64,000 nucleotides of DNA, from assembly GCF_006345805.1 (NCBI RefSeq), contig NC_043013.1, positions 33,604,001-33,668,000 of the forward strand. The letters are read 5' to 3'. Of the stretch, positions 41,291 to 53,804 are shown piece by piece. The notes beneath the pieces are model-generated. The model had not been told where the DNA came from. It worked only from the letters and a program-made list of their open reading frames with translations, and made no database searches. The stretch's first letter is position 1; every line of letters starts with the position of its first letter. The translations under genes and the position numbers were made by a program. Origin of the DNA: Octopus sinensis. Lineage: Eukaryota.

Positions 41291-42196
41291 TAAGTGTAAT
41301 GAATATCAAAAGGGTATCTTGATCTCCAACATAACGTGGGCGCTGTGTTAGAATGCAAAATACTGCAGCCTTTATCTGAGATGTTCACTCACAAGGACTC
41401 ATGGTGCATAAAAGCACACGTAGCTATATCGTTGACAGACAAGGATCGTCCGCTACGCTCACCGAAACAGCCAGATCACGTAATTTCATCCTGCTGTGCG
41501 TTCCTCAGTGACAGATTTCTAGCAGCGGTATGACAGGCGAATCTTCCGTCAACGATAGTGATAATGAGACGTATTTTTCAAGGTAAATAACGCAGATGGA
41601 ATTCGAAATTATCTTTCAGTATTAAATATTAGTTCTGTCAATTATGTTTTAATAAGCCCATCGGCTATTTGCGACAGCAGTGACTAGACAGACGCTGAGA
41701 TTCTATATATCGTTGATGGGAGAATCGGCTGTTGTCGCGACATAAAACTCAAAGGAGTACTCGTCATCTTGTACTGCGAATCACTGGGACCTGCTACCAA
41801 CATCCTAAGTGCATAATAATTTTTTAGTCTGATTTCACTATTGAATCCGTCCATAAGTAAATTTTTGCCATTTATCCGTTGAGAACGCTAGCATTAATGC
41901 ACACATACATGTAAGTTTGGATATTTTTCGTTGTTTTAAAAAGGGAGTACAATACATCGATGTAAATGTATCATGTACCTCCTACTGCGTACCTACGCAG
42001 CTTCACTGGAAAAAAAATTGATTCGCAAGCTGAAACTTACTGCTTAATGTAGGCACTATTCTTTTAATAATCACTAGTTATCTTCCCTCGGAATGGACGG
42101 GAAAGATGAGTTATATATGAATATGCGTGAGTATATGCTTATGTATGTATATGTAAGTGTGTCTGTGCATGTATGTATGGACACAGAAGCACGTGC

Positions 42197-42282
<86 letters not shown>

Positions 42283-43081
42283 ATATATATATATATCTAT
42301 CTAGATAGCTATATATCTATACCTGTCTGTCTGTCTATCTTTGTTCAGTTTTATTTCAATATTACTTGCCAATTGAGAAAGAACTGGACGTAAAAACGGA
42401 CGTGAAAACGAACGTAAAAACGGACGAAATGCCGCAAAGCCTTTTACCCGGCGTGATAACGATTCTGCTAGCTCGCAACCTTCAATGGAGATAGCAATAA
42501 AAACACGTCGTTTCGTATAGTACATTGCAAAAAGCAGTTGAAAAGTCGAGTAAGGAAAACGAGATTAATCCAGGGATAAGAGACATTATAAAGAAAAAAT
42601 TAAAAGGAAGGAGAAAATGTCGGAAAATGGAGAAGCAAAATGAGATGGTAGCAATAAGGGAAAATGTGATGAAATACTTCGTTTGTAATTGTCCATCAGA
42701 AAAAAGCAGTTGGAAAGTAAAAAAAAAACAAACAAGCAAAACGCCAAAATATAATTAAAATAAATAACTAAGAAGTTAGTCAATAGTGAAAGTAAAAAGC
42801 AAAGTGACATTATCATATAATTAGTCGTTATCGCTTGATGGGAGAAACATACAGCAAATGGGAGAGGAAAAGAGAGATGGAAAGTGTGTAATAGAAGAAC
42901 AACCACGGTTTTAAATGCCCAACAATGGGAGTTGTCTTTGATGTTCCTACAGATTCAACTTAAATTGGTTTAAACAGTAATACTTTTATATTAGAGTATG
43001 TTTTGATGTTTTGAGTTTATATATATGTATACATATATACATATATATATATATACATATATATGTATATATTTATGTATG

Positions 43082-43112
<31 letters not shown>

Positions 43113-43131
43113 GTTTGTATATTTATGTATG

Positions 43132-43164
<33 letters not shown>

Positions 43165-43799
43165 ATATATATAATTTGTCGTCGCTGTAAGTATTCCAGT
43201 CAATTTGGTAATAAACACCGCTGCCGCCGCCATCATCACTACCACCACTACCACTACCAGTACACTATCATAACTGCCAAACAGCACTATCATCATCACC
43301 AACGTCGTCCTCAACTATGCTGTCGTCGTAGTCATTGACATCCTTCTCTTCGTTGTTCTCCTCATCATCATCATCGACATCATAATCATCTTTATCGTCA
43401 GTGTGGCGTTAGGAAAATGCCTTAGCTATGTTACTTTATACGTTCAAAACCCACTGAAGTCAGTTTTATCGATCATGCCTCAGAGGGACCTCAAATAAGT
43501 CATCGACACGTTGAAAATAGATTGAATTAGTTTAGACTTCTTCCAAAATATGTGGTACATTTTCCTGTTAGGCCTAAATCGCTTTTATTGCCAGCAGCAT
43601 CAGCAACAACAGAAGCAGAAGAAACAGCAGAAGCAGCAGCAGTAGCAGCAGCAATAGTAGTAGTAGCAGTAGTAGTAGTAGTAGTAGCAGTAGTAGTATG
43701 TGCTATTCTGTTGGTTTTGCCCAGCAAGCGTCATCGTTCTGTTGTAGTTGCGGTTTGGTGACGATGAGGACAACGCCTAACGGCACCGATGATGATGAA

Positions 43800-43858
<59 letters not shown>

Positions 43859-43867
43859 CAATGAATA

Positions 43868-44098
43868 AGGTGGCGAGCTGGCAGAAACATTAGCGCCGAG
43901 TGAAATGATTAGCGGTATTTCGTCTGCCGTTACCTTCTGAGTTCAAATTCCGCTGAGGTCGACTTTGCCTTTCATCCTATCGGGGGGGGGGGGTCGATAA
44001 ACCCCAGTTATGCACTGGGGTCGATATAAACGACTTAACCCCTTTGTCTATCCTTATTTGTCCCCTCTATGTTTAGCCCCTTGTGGGCAATAATAAAG
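43868..44098 (+). mobile_element. SINE family B, full length
   Basis: Head GGTGGCGAGCTGGCAGAAAC through tail GCCCCTTGTGGGCAATAATAAAGAAA. Confidence 0.9.
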
Positions 44099-45033
44099 AA
44101 AGAGATGATGATGATGATGATGATGATGATGTGATGATGATGATGATGATGATGATGATAGTTCGACAGTCGTGACCCCCATGAATATGACTGTAATTAA
44201 TGTCTGCTGCTTCTTCTGCTTCTGTAAAAATGTCTATTTGATGAGTGTTGCTGTTTATATCTTTTCTGGTGAGATTGATGCATAGCTGACCATACTTTTT
44301 TGTGTCGGATGTATTTTGAATGCATCCATCGATACATATGTAGAAGATATGAAGATACAACTGTTTTAATAACATTCTTGTCTCCTTTTACAATTTTTCC
44401 TATATATATATGTGTGTGTGTGTGCGTGTGTGTGTATGCGTGTGTGTGTGTGTGTCTGCGTGTGTTTACATGTGTATATATGGGTACATGATGTCACCAA
44501 CAGTAAACAACATGAAATGCGAAAATAGATGAGTTCAATACGCAAACAACGAGAGAAACAATTGGAAAGCAGGATAAATATCACAATAAGCGACACTTCA
44601 TCAGTTGTCGGCTGTCTATCTACTCCTCATTTCGAGCATTGAACGACAATATGAGTTATCGAAGACAGTCGCTCTCATAAGTACCAAGAGAAAATTTTGG
44701 ATTTATGGCGGGTCAAAGTTGGGGACAAAAACAGGACAGTGGAGACATACAAAGAAACCGAACGAAAACAAATATGGATGGTCGTTAGACCAGAACGGGG
44801 GAAAATAGCGAACCCTGGAGAAATATTTTCTTTGAAAGGAGAAAATATCGAAGAGAGAAATAAATACTTCCAGTCCTTAGGACAATCCTGAAGGAAAAGA
44901 AAGATGGACGATAGGTACGTGTGAGCAACGAGAGAGAGAAAAAGAGACATAGGGAGGGAAGGAGAGAGAGACGGTGAAGGAGAGAAAGGAATTAGAGAAA
45001 CGGATGGGGGAGAAAACAGTATAGAGTCGTATC

Positions 45034-45101
<68 letters not shown>

Positions 45102-45160
45102 ATATATATTGTAAATTAATATAGTACAATTGCAATTAGTACCGTTGTTTTTTCTTTATT

Positions 45161-45220
<60 letters not shown>

Positions 45221-45229
45221 CAGCAGCAA

Positions 45230-45282
<53 letters not shown>

Positions 45283-46195
45283 TTTTAGAGTTAGCTGTCG
45301 AAGCAGCGTATCATCCACACTGTTAATTTAGAATGGGATTCGAAATACGGGAAGAGTTGGATTTTAGTTTCACGCAAATCGAAAAACAAAAAAACGCAAC
45401 AACTACAACAAAGAAACAAACAAAACAAAACAGAAAAGAAAACAGAGAAAGAAAATAAATAAAGAAATTAAATAAAGAAATTAAATAAGTCCAGCTAATA
45501 AGAAACTTTCAGGCAAGGCCATTTCGGTTTATTAAGTTAATTTCTATGGCTGGGGTATCTTTCGGGATGTTTGTTATACGTTTCTACTTTTCTACTGAGT
45601 TGTATGTTTGGTCTCATTTGTTCTGCACATCACAAGCCATTCAAGTCATTTTATGTTTACTTTACCTCGAACGCGTGATTGGTTTCGTTTTGCTTTTATC
45701 TATATAGTCTAGCAAAAGTCAGTAGACTGGAGACAATCTGTTTGCTTCATTAATAGAAGCGCTTTTAATTTGCAAATCTCCTAAACATTTTGTGCACTTT
45801 CCCCCTACCCCCTGATTTACATAATTAACTATTCTTTCCTTACGGGAATTTAATTGAATGTTATTTGATACACTTTTAGCATTCTCCTATGTTATATATT
45901 TATTTACCAGTTCATTAAGAGTGAAAATTTGTACTTTCATTCTATTCTTACTTCGTTGTATCTAATCATTCCTAACAAAGTGTGGATAAATGTATATTTT
46001 CTCGTTCCCTCCCCACTCTTCCTCTTTTCCGCTCTCTCTCTCTCCCTCTCGTTCTCTCCTTCTCTCTCTCTCTCTCTCTCTACCTCTGTGTCTAACGAAA
46101 CAAATACGTTGGTGAGAGTCGAAACTTCGAATACGTATGATGATGATGATGATGATGATAGTTTGAAAGTTGTGACCTTGGCATTTTTTAATCTT

Positions 46196-46770
46196 CTATC
46201 GTTTTCAGTCATTTGACTGCGGCCATGCTGGGGCAGCGCCTTGAATAACCTTTTGGTTGAATGAATCGACCCCAGAACTTTTATTTTTTGTTAAACCTTA
46301 GTATTTATTCTATCGGTCTCTGTTTGCCTAATCGCTACTTTAAAAGGATGCAATGAACCTAATCCGGCTGTCAGACATAAGTGGAGGTTAGACACAGACA
46401 TACACAGACACGGGCTTCTACTCACAAGGCTTTGGTTGGCCCAAGACTATTGTAGAAAACACTTGTCCAAGTTGCCACGCAATGGGACTGAACCTTGAAC
46501 GATGTTTTTGCGAAGCAAGCTTATTACCACACAGCCACACCAGAATCTACACATTAGTTTCAAATTTTGGCAGAAAGGCATAAATATCTGGGGAAGAGCT
46601 GAGTCGGTTACACCGACCCTACTGCTCACCTGGTACTTATTTTATCGACCTCGGAAGTGTAAAAAGTAAAGACCACCTCTCCGGAATTTGAACTCAGAAC
46701 ATAAAAACAGGTGAAATACCGCTAAGCATTTTGCCCGGTGCGGTAACGATTCTGCGACTTCACAGCCTTG
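46196..46770 (-). mobile_element. Adjacent diverged SINE A (about 46196-46540) and SINE B (about 46555-46770)
   Basis: Family-diagnostic blocks. Confidence 0.75.
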
Positions 46771-47019
46771 ACGCCTTTGTATATTTAGAGTTAATTCTAA
46801 GACAAACGAACGAGATTCACTTTTTACAATCCGTTCTTCACTGTTTTCCAATATTCATTGAAACTGAAAGAAAGAGGTTTGATCTAATTTACTGAAAACA
46901 TTATATGTAGTCTAAGTACAGCGACTGTCAATCAAAGACTTTGGAAATAACAAATTGGTCTGAAACTGTGAAGAAAGCCTGTAAGATGTGTTTGTGCCTG
47001 TTTTTACTTATACGTATGT

Positions 47020-47265
47020 AAGCCAGCGAGCAAGCAGAATCATTAGCAAACCAATCAAAACTCTTTGCAGCATTTTGTCTGTCTTTACTTTGCGTTCAAA
47101 TTCCGTCGAGGTCGACTTTGCCCTTCATCCTTTCAGGGTCGATGAAGTCAGTACCATTTCAGCACTAGGGTGGATGCAATTTACTAGATCCCGCCCCTAA
47201 AATTTCAGGCCTTTTTCCTGTAGTAGCAAGGATATATTTATATGTACACACACACACACACACGC

Positions 47266-47326
<61 letters not shown>

Positions 47327-47520
47327 GGCGGCAGGAAGAATCGCTAAAAAAGCGGAAAATCCTTAGCGTCGTTTCTTTCGACTCTTTGAGTTCTAAGTTA
47401 AAATGCGGCCGAGGTCAACTTTGCCATTCATCCTTTCTGGTTAGGTCGAATGAAATACCAATCAAGTACTGGAGTCGTTGTCATCAATTTGTTTCTTACA
47501 AATTTATGGGCCCTGAATGC
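47020..47520 (+). mobile_element. Two diverged SINE family B copies
   Basis: B central block at about 47090-47150 and 47390-47470, separated by (CA)n. Confidence 0.7.
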
Positions 47521-47605
47521 CTCAAGCTGAAACGGACCGGTGTCCCGTTTAAAGATATGTTATGATCTCTGTCACGTATACACCATTCATTATTATTATT
47601 ATTAT

Positions 47606-47664
47606 CATATGTTTGACTTTTGCTTTACATTTGCACAACCTGGCTCCAAGTCTCAGCCAGAGAC

Positions 47665-47667
<3 letters not shown>
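47606..47667 (-). mobile_element. Short insert in (ATT)n, possibly a truncated R4/Dong 3' end
   Basis: 62-bp unique block flanked on both sides by (ATT)n. Family assignment is from recollection and target preference only. Confidence 0.4.
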
Positions 47668-47741
<74 letters not shown>

Positions 47742-47759
47742 CAGTATTATTATTATCAT

Positions 47760-48295
47760 TATCATTGCTGGCTTCCAACCCGGGCCGCAGCAACTAAGTC
47801 CACCCGCCACACTTCTCGATCAATCATCATTGCTTTGAGGTTCTGGATGCATTCTAGGCCAGTGTCTGCCATCAAATTGTCGCTGTAACTGTGGTGACGT
47901 TTTCGTCTTCTTACATCACCATAAAGTGGGTTCCACAAGACTAATTTGGATGCTCATATATGAAGTTGGCGCACGCAGTGAACAGATAGTTGCAGCCGTC
48001 TTTGCTTCATCTTCTCGCTAACTTTCGGTGTGTCTCCATGGAAACCTCAGCAATGAATCAAACTACAGAGGAATTGCACTGTCCAATATCTCACTCAAAG
48101 TCATCAACAGATTCATCCTTAATAGAATTCAACCGGTGCTTGACAGCAACCTGAGACTAAATCAAAATGGATTTAGACCAGGTTGATCCATAGCATCACA
48201 AATCATAGGCATGAGGTGTATCAGAGAAGATGAATCAAGGCAAATCCTGCCATTATAACATTCGTACGTTTCAGCTAAACGTTTGACTGCATCCA
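47760..48295. pseudogene. RTE LINE remnant with inverted 5' segment
   Basis: Minus strand 47760-48030: KMKQRRLQLSVHC..SKLVLWNPLYG..SDNLMADTGLECIQNLKAMMIDREVWR plus (TAA)n tail. Plus strand 48040-48295: GNLSNESNYRGIALSNISLKVINRFILNRIQPVLDSNLRLNQNGFRPG*S (RT domain). Confidence 0.8.
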
Positions 48296-48754
48296 AAATG
48301 TATACGCTAGGAAAATGGCTAACCGACCTTATGCATCCTAAGGTTCATGAAAATACTCACTCCTCCGCTTCATCTCTATTTCTCTCTCTCATACGCACAC
48401 ACACACACACAACAGATAAGAATATATTTATGAACCAGGACACACCAATGTGAGATGTGAGGAAAATAGTATATTCTTTATATATTGATACGCTCAGGTT
48501 ACAGTTTAAGCCCAATTTCTTTTGTCTTCGTTCCTGATACAATAAAAAATCCAGTACATTATGGCAACCAATAACACAGCATCTCATTAAGCCTTGGAGG
48601 CACAATTCTGTGAATTCATTCTTAATTTAACTGAGTCAGGAATATGTTAATCTGAAATTAATAAGATACATGAGATACACACCTGAAAAGTTTGATAACT
48701 CATTTAGTAACAAGTTTTGAAATTATAAGGCCACAAGAATAGTACTGATGTTAC

Positions 48755-48821
<67 letters not shown>

Positions 48822-48835
48822 CATATATATATTAA

Positions 48836-49132
48836 GGGATTACTACTTGTAAATGTCTCAGGCTATAAGGTACTCTTAAAGTCAAAACTACCATAATAAA
48901 TACAGTGTACTGAACGCGAGGGCAATGCAACTCTTGAAGTGAACTCTTATAAACAGATTCAGCCATAAGTCATATGATTTCATAGTTAGTGTACAAAATA
49001 CACTTTCTAATCAGTTTTAAAGAATTCGCTTCAAGATTAGCATTCCCTCGCGTTCGGTACACTGTATTTATTATGGTAGTTTTGGCTTTAAGAGTACCTC
49101 ATAGCCTGAGACATTTACGTGTAGTAATGCCC
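48836..49132. mobile_element. Kolobok-like MITE
   Basis: About 115-bp TIRs, TTAA on both sides (48832-48835, 49133-49136), GG...CC termini. TTAA with purine-purine ends fits Kolobok rather than piggyBac. Confidence 0.7.
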
Positions 49133-49432
49133 TTAACATAAATAAATATATCTACGGAGAATAATTATAAATTTGTCCCTTATGAGGTTTTTCACGCTGA
49201 CTACTTGATAAATTCTTTTTAAAATTCTTATAAAGATTTGATCCTATTTTAAAATTATGTGTATATATGTGTATATTTATATATATATATATATATATGT
49301 AGGTCCCGGGTTGATCCGGGGTTAACCACAGTAAATAAGGTACTCAATACATAGCAGAGTAAAATTAATTTATTATATAGAAGGAGCTTCAAGCTCCTTC
49401 TATATTTATAAAATATATATATATATATATAT

Positions 49433-49477
<45 letters not shown>

Positions 49478-49780
49478 TATTATATATATATATACAAATA
49501 TATATATATACACATACTTACATACATAGATATGTGTGTATACATATGTGTATAAACATGTATGTGAATATATATATATACACATATATTGCTATATATA
49601 CACATAGCAAGACCGTTGTACTACACTTTGACAATTTTTAATATCTTGGTATATGGAGCAGCTGAAGATACAACAGTTCCACCAAAAGAAGCGGCTATTA
49701 CAAGCAAAATTAAATATTGAAAGAAACGCACTTGGCCAAATATGGACATACGACAGTTCAACATAAAAGCAACATTATAT

Positions 49781-50580
49781 TCCTTTCTACACTAGGCACA
49801 AGGCCCGAAATTTTGGGGCAGGGGTGCAGTCGATTAGACAGACCGCAGTACGTAACTGGTACTTAATTTATCGACCCCGAAATGATGAAAGGCAAGGCCG
49901 ACCTCGGCGGTATTTGAACCCAGAATGTAAAAATAGACGAAGTATCGCTAAGCGTTTCGCCCGGCGTGTTAACGCTTTTTATTTCTTTATAGCCCGCAAG
50001 GGGCTAAACACAGAGGGGAGATACAAGGATAGACAAAAGGATTAAGTCGTCTACATCGACCTCTGTGCGTAACTGGTACTTAATTTATCGACCCCGAAAG
50101 GATGAAAGGCAAAGTCAACGTCGGCGGAATTTGAAATCAGAACATAAAGATAGACGAAATACCTATTTCTTTACTACGCACAAGGGGGTAAATACAGAGA
50201 GGACAAACAAGGACAGACAAACGGATTAAGTCGATTACATTGACCCCAGTGCGTAGCTGGCACTTAATTTATCGACTCCGAAAGAATGAAAGGCAAAGTC
50301 GACCTCGGCGGAATTTGAACTCAGAACGTAACGGCAGACGAAATACTTATTTCTTTATTACCCACAAGGGGCTAAACACAGAGGGGACAAATAAGGACAG
50401 ACATAGGTATTAAGTCGATTACATCGACCCCAGTGCGTAACTGGTACTTAATTTATCGACTCCGAAAGAATGAAAGGCAAAGTCGACCTCGGCGGAATTT
50501 GAACTCAGAACGTAACGGCAGACGAAATACCGCTAAGCGTTTTTGCCCGGCGTGCTAACATTTCTGCCAGCTCACCGCCT
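49781..50580 (-). mobile_element. SINE family B head-to-tail multimer (three 184-bp units plus a terminal copy with a different tail)
   Basis: Unit boundaries TATTTCTTTA at 49980, 50164 and 50348. Confidence 0.9.
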
Positions 50581-51498
50581 TGATGGCAACAATATATTTT
50601 GCATTGTGCTTGAATTATGAATTGAGCCATTCCATTCATCCCTCTCTCTATCTGTTTCTGAACAGGCATGTATTCAATTGTTTTTTGTCACTGTGCTCTG
50701 AGTGCGTTTCCGGCCAGAACTGTTTAATTTCTGCATGCACACTTCTATTTACGTGAATGCGTGCGAATGCATGTATGTGCGGAAAAAATGCATCGATTTA
50801 TTCCGACTTGTATATATGCATTTATATTTATCAATTATAACCATAAACGTTCAATTTCAATTTTATGTGAGGTCAATGTAATCTAATTTATCATTTTTTT
50901 TTCATTCCTGAAGAGCTAATAGCTTAAAGGAAGTAATTGCAAAAATAAAAACTAGAAAATACATAAGAAAAGGAATGCGTATTCAGCAGGGATATTTTCC
51001 TCCTAACGACAACTTCTATATGGTTTGTCCACACGTACTAATTAGTTTATTAATCAAATGAGGTTGCTCTAATTCTAATATTAACTTAATTAGATCTAGA
51101 ATACTATTTTCAAGGATAGTAAAAGCTATTAAATGAAGGACGATTTTTAAAGAGTATATAATAAATGAAAATACATATCAAAATGGAATCAAATTGAATG
51201 AAATAAATACGACAATCTAAACATAAATATAAACTGGGAGTGAATATATATGTGTGTGTGTCTGTGTGTGTGTGTATATGTGTGTATGCATACATGTGTG
51301 TGCGTGTGAGTGCATGTTTGTGATTTATTAGAATCACATTACTCTGATTCGTATGTCCCTAAGGTTCTTTGAGTAGGTACCTTCACATGTAAAGGCATCA
51401 AGATATTAATTCCTTGTGGCAATTTAATAATTTGGCATGATATTCGAGGATCATTAGAATTTTCACGAGCAGTATTGTGAATAGAAATTATCTATATA

Positions 51499-51895
51499 GG
51501 CGTAGGAGTGGCAGTATGGTATGTAGCTTGCTTACCAACCACATGGTTTCGGGTTCAGTCCCACTGCGTATCACCTTGAGCAAGTGTCTTCTACTATATC
51601 CTCGGCCCGACTAAAGCCTTGTGAGTGGATTTGGTTGAGGGAAACTGAAAGAAGCCCGTCATATATATATATATGGATATGTGTATGGTTTTGTGTATGT
51701 TTGTGAGTCTGTGTTTTCCCTCCCAACACCGCTTGACAACCGATGCTGGTGTGGTTACGCCCCCATTCCGATAAAATAAGTACTAGGCTTACAAAGAATA
51801 AGTCCTAGGGTCGATATTTGCTCGACTAAAGGCGGTGCTCCAGCATGGCCACAGTCAAATGACTGAAACAAGTAAAAGAGTAAAAGAATAAAAGA
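51499..51895 (+). mobile_element. SINE family A, full length
   Basis: Family head and tail. Confidence 0.9.
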
Positions 51896-52039
51896 CTAAA
51901 GAATATATACTCTGCAAATTATTATTTTTGTATCAAGTTATTATTATTTAATTTCTTACCTTGCAACACTCCTTTAATTATATGTATATATATATATATA
52001 TATAGTATATATATATATAATATATATATTATAATATTA

Positions 52040-52103
<64 letters not shown>

Positions 52104-52227
52104 TATATGCATACATATATGTATATACCTTCATATATATGTATATATACATGCATATATGTGTACGGACATAAAAAAAACGTCAACAAATTGAGAAACG
52201 AGAACATAAAAACAAAAACACAGAAAA

Positions 52228-52410
52228 CTAACTTTTTCACAGTGGCCATGCTGGGACACTGCTTTTAGACGAAGGATTGGACCCCAGGACTTATACCTTG
52301 TAAGCCTAGTACGTATTCTATCGGTTACTTTTGCCGAATTACTAAGTTATGGGGACGTAAACATACACCGGCATAGGTTGTCAAGCGATGATGGGATTAC
52401 AAACACAGAC
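52228..52410 (-). mobile_element. SINE family A, 3' part
   Basis: Family tail. Confidence 0.75.
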
Positions 52411-52469
52411 ACACATATACATTATATGTATATATATATATACATACACATAAGTATATATATTTCAAT

Positions 52470-52675
52470 ATGTGACCGCGTGTATATCGTTGGCGATTTT
52501 CTTTCTCCGTCTTCCCTTCTTCAGACTTTTTCTATATTTCTGACGAAGTACTCCGCTCGAAACGTGAAATCCTCTTTCTTTTCATTCCTTTCCAGAGCGT
52601 ACAATAACACTGTACTCATTCCACGTCCTCACGTTGTTGTTTTTTCTTGTTTGTTCATGTTTGGTTTAACTATAT
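52470..52675 (+). mobile_element. PLE-type pLTR with degenerate hammerhead (sibling of 37105-37300)
   Basis: CTGACGA-A-GTAC-tcc-GCTC-GAAACGT..GAGCGTA at 52533-52607. Shares CCACGTCCTC(A/G)CGTTG..TTTGG(T/A)TTAACTATATA with the 37.1-kb copy. Confidence 0.7.
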
Positions 52676-52689
52676 ACACACACACACAC

Positions 52690-53460
52690 TTATATATTAT
52701 GATGGAATTGTCACTCTGTTGTCTTTTGATAGCGATCGTTTCTTCCTTAGTGTTGTTTGGTTTAGGAAGTTTTGCTTTTTCTAGTACCTGTCTCACTTTC
52801 CACCTTAGTTCATCTCCCTGAGCTTTTGGTATCTTTATGGCTATCTCTTCAATAGGGGCTATTATGTTCAAGCATGGAATACGCTTGGTGGCTGTCTCAA
52901 AGTTGAGACCTTTGTTCAGTACTGCTTGTTCAGAACTGTCTAGGTGTCGCCTACTTACATTAATTACTGCTTTTACAGTTGGGTAACGGATTTCAGTCTT
53001 CATTCTCTGACCTTTGAGTATATTAAATCTTTTTATCTGGTGTGTCTTCACCATTTCAAATCCTTTCATGTACGTCTTTTCCAGATCTTGTTGGATTCTC
53101 TTTCTGTCATCATCATCTCTGGTTATTTTCCTAAGTAATGAAGATAACTTCTCTTTGATTTCGTTATTTAGTTGATGTCTTTTCCAACGGTTGTGATGGA
53201 TCCTCTCACGGACGTGGACATGTCCTGCCCTTTCTGCTACTCTTTTAGCTTTATGTGAATCGACTTGTGTCATTATATTCAAGTCAGGTAGTATTAGCTT
53301 TGAGTCTCTACATCTACATAAGAAAGTAAGATGGTTTGAAAGACGAGCTAATTTTTGATGGAATTTCTCTATATGTCTCCATTGAAGTCTAATGTCAGCT
53401 CCATACCGATTAGATAATACTGTTCTATATTTAAGAGCTGAGGAATTATGTATATTATTT
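52690..53460 (-). pseudogene. Penelope-like element ORF, N-terminal (pre-RT) part
   Basis: VINVSRRHLDSSEQAVLNKGLNF and LPKPNNTKEETIAIK..DNSIII are typical of the region preceding PLE RT. Directly continues the pLTR unit at 53400-53745. Confidence 0.85.
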
Positions 53461-53745
53461 ACATCATTTACATTTGACAGATATTAGTCCTCATCTTGTT
53501 TGTTGTTAACACACTGTTTCGGCTGATATACCCTCCAGTCTTCTTCAGGTGACTTGGGGAAATTTCGAACCTGGGTTCTCATTCCGACGTCGTCGACGAA
53601 CGCGCCGGTGGCGGCCGCTCGTTCCGCGGGCGGTCGTCTGCCGCCTCGTCGGCGTTCGATTCCCGGGGCGCTGGCATCGGACGCACTTCCCCTCCGATCC
53701 GTCGTCGCGACCCGTTTCCCGTCGGGCCGGTAGGTATTTTCTATG
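53400..53745 (-). mobile_element. Penelope pLTR unit with hammerhead, interrupted by a GC-rich insert
   Basis: gtcac-CTGAAGA-A-GACTG..CAGCC-GAAA-CAGT-gtgtt at 53508-53553. Confidence 0.8.
53586..53730 (+). rRNA. Probable 28S rRNA D2-region fragment (rDNA-derived insert, not a gene)
   Basis: 145-bp very GC/CpG-rich island. Its 3' part CGCACTTCCCCTCCG..CGTCGCGACCCGTT resembles the conserved GCAYTT..CGYCGCGACC block of metazoan 28S D2 (by recollection). Confidence 0.55.
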
Positions 53746-53766
53746 TTATTATTATTATTATTATCA

Positions 53767-53803
<37 letters not shown>

Positions 53804-53804
<1 letters not shown>

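Noticed and set aside
42388-42426. 12-bp tandem ACGTAAAAACGG repeated three to four times
   Set aside because: Local slippage inside a SINE B fragment.
49980-50530. Regularly spaced repeats as a CRISPR-like array
   Set aside because: The whole 184-bp unit repeats with no unique spacers; these are SINE multimers in a eukaryote.
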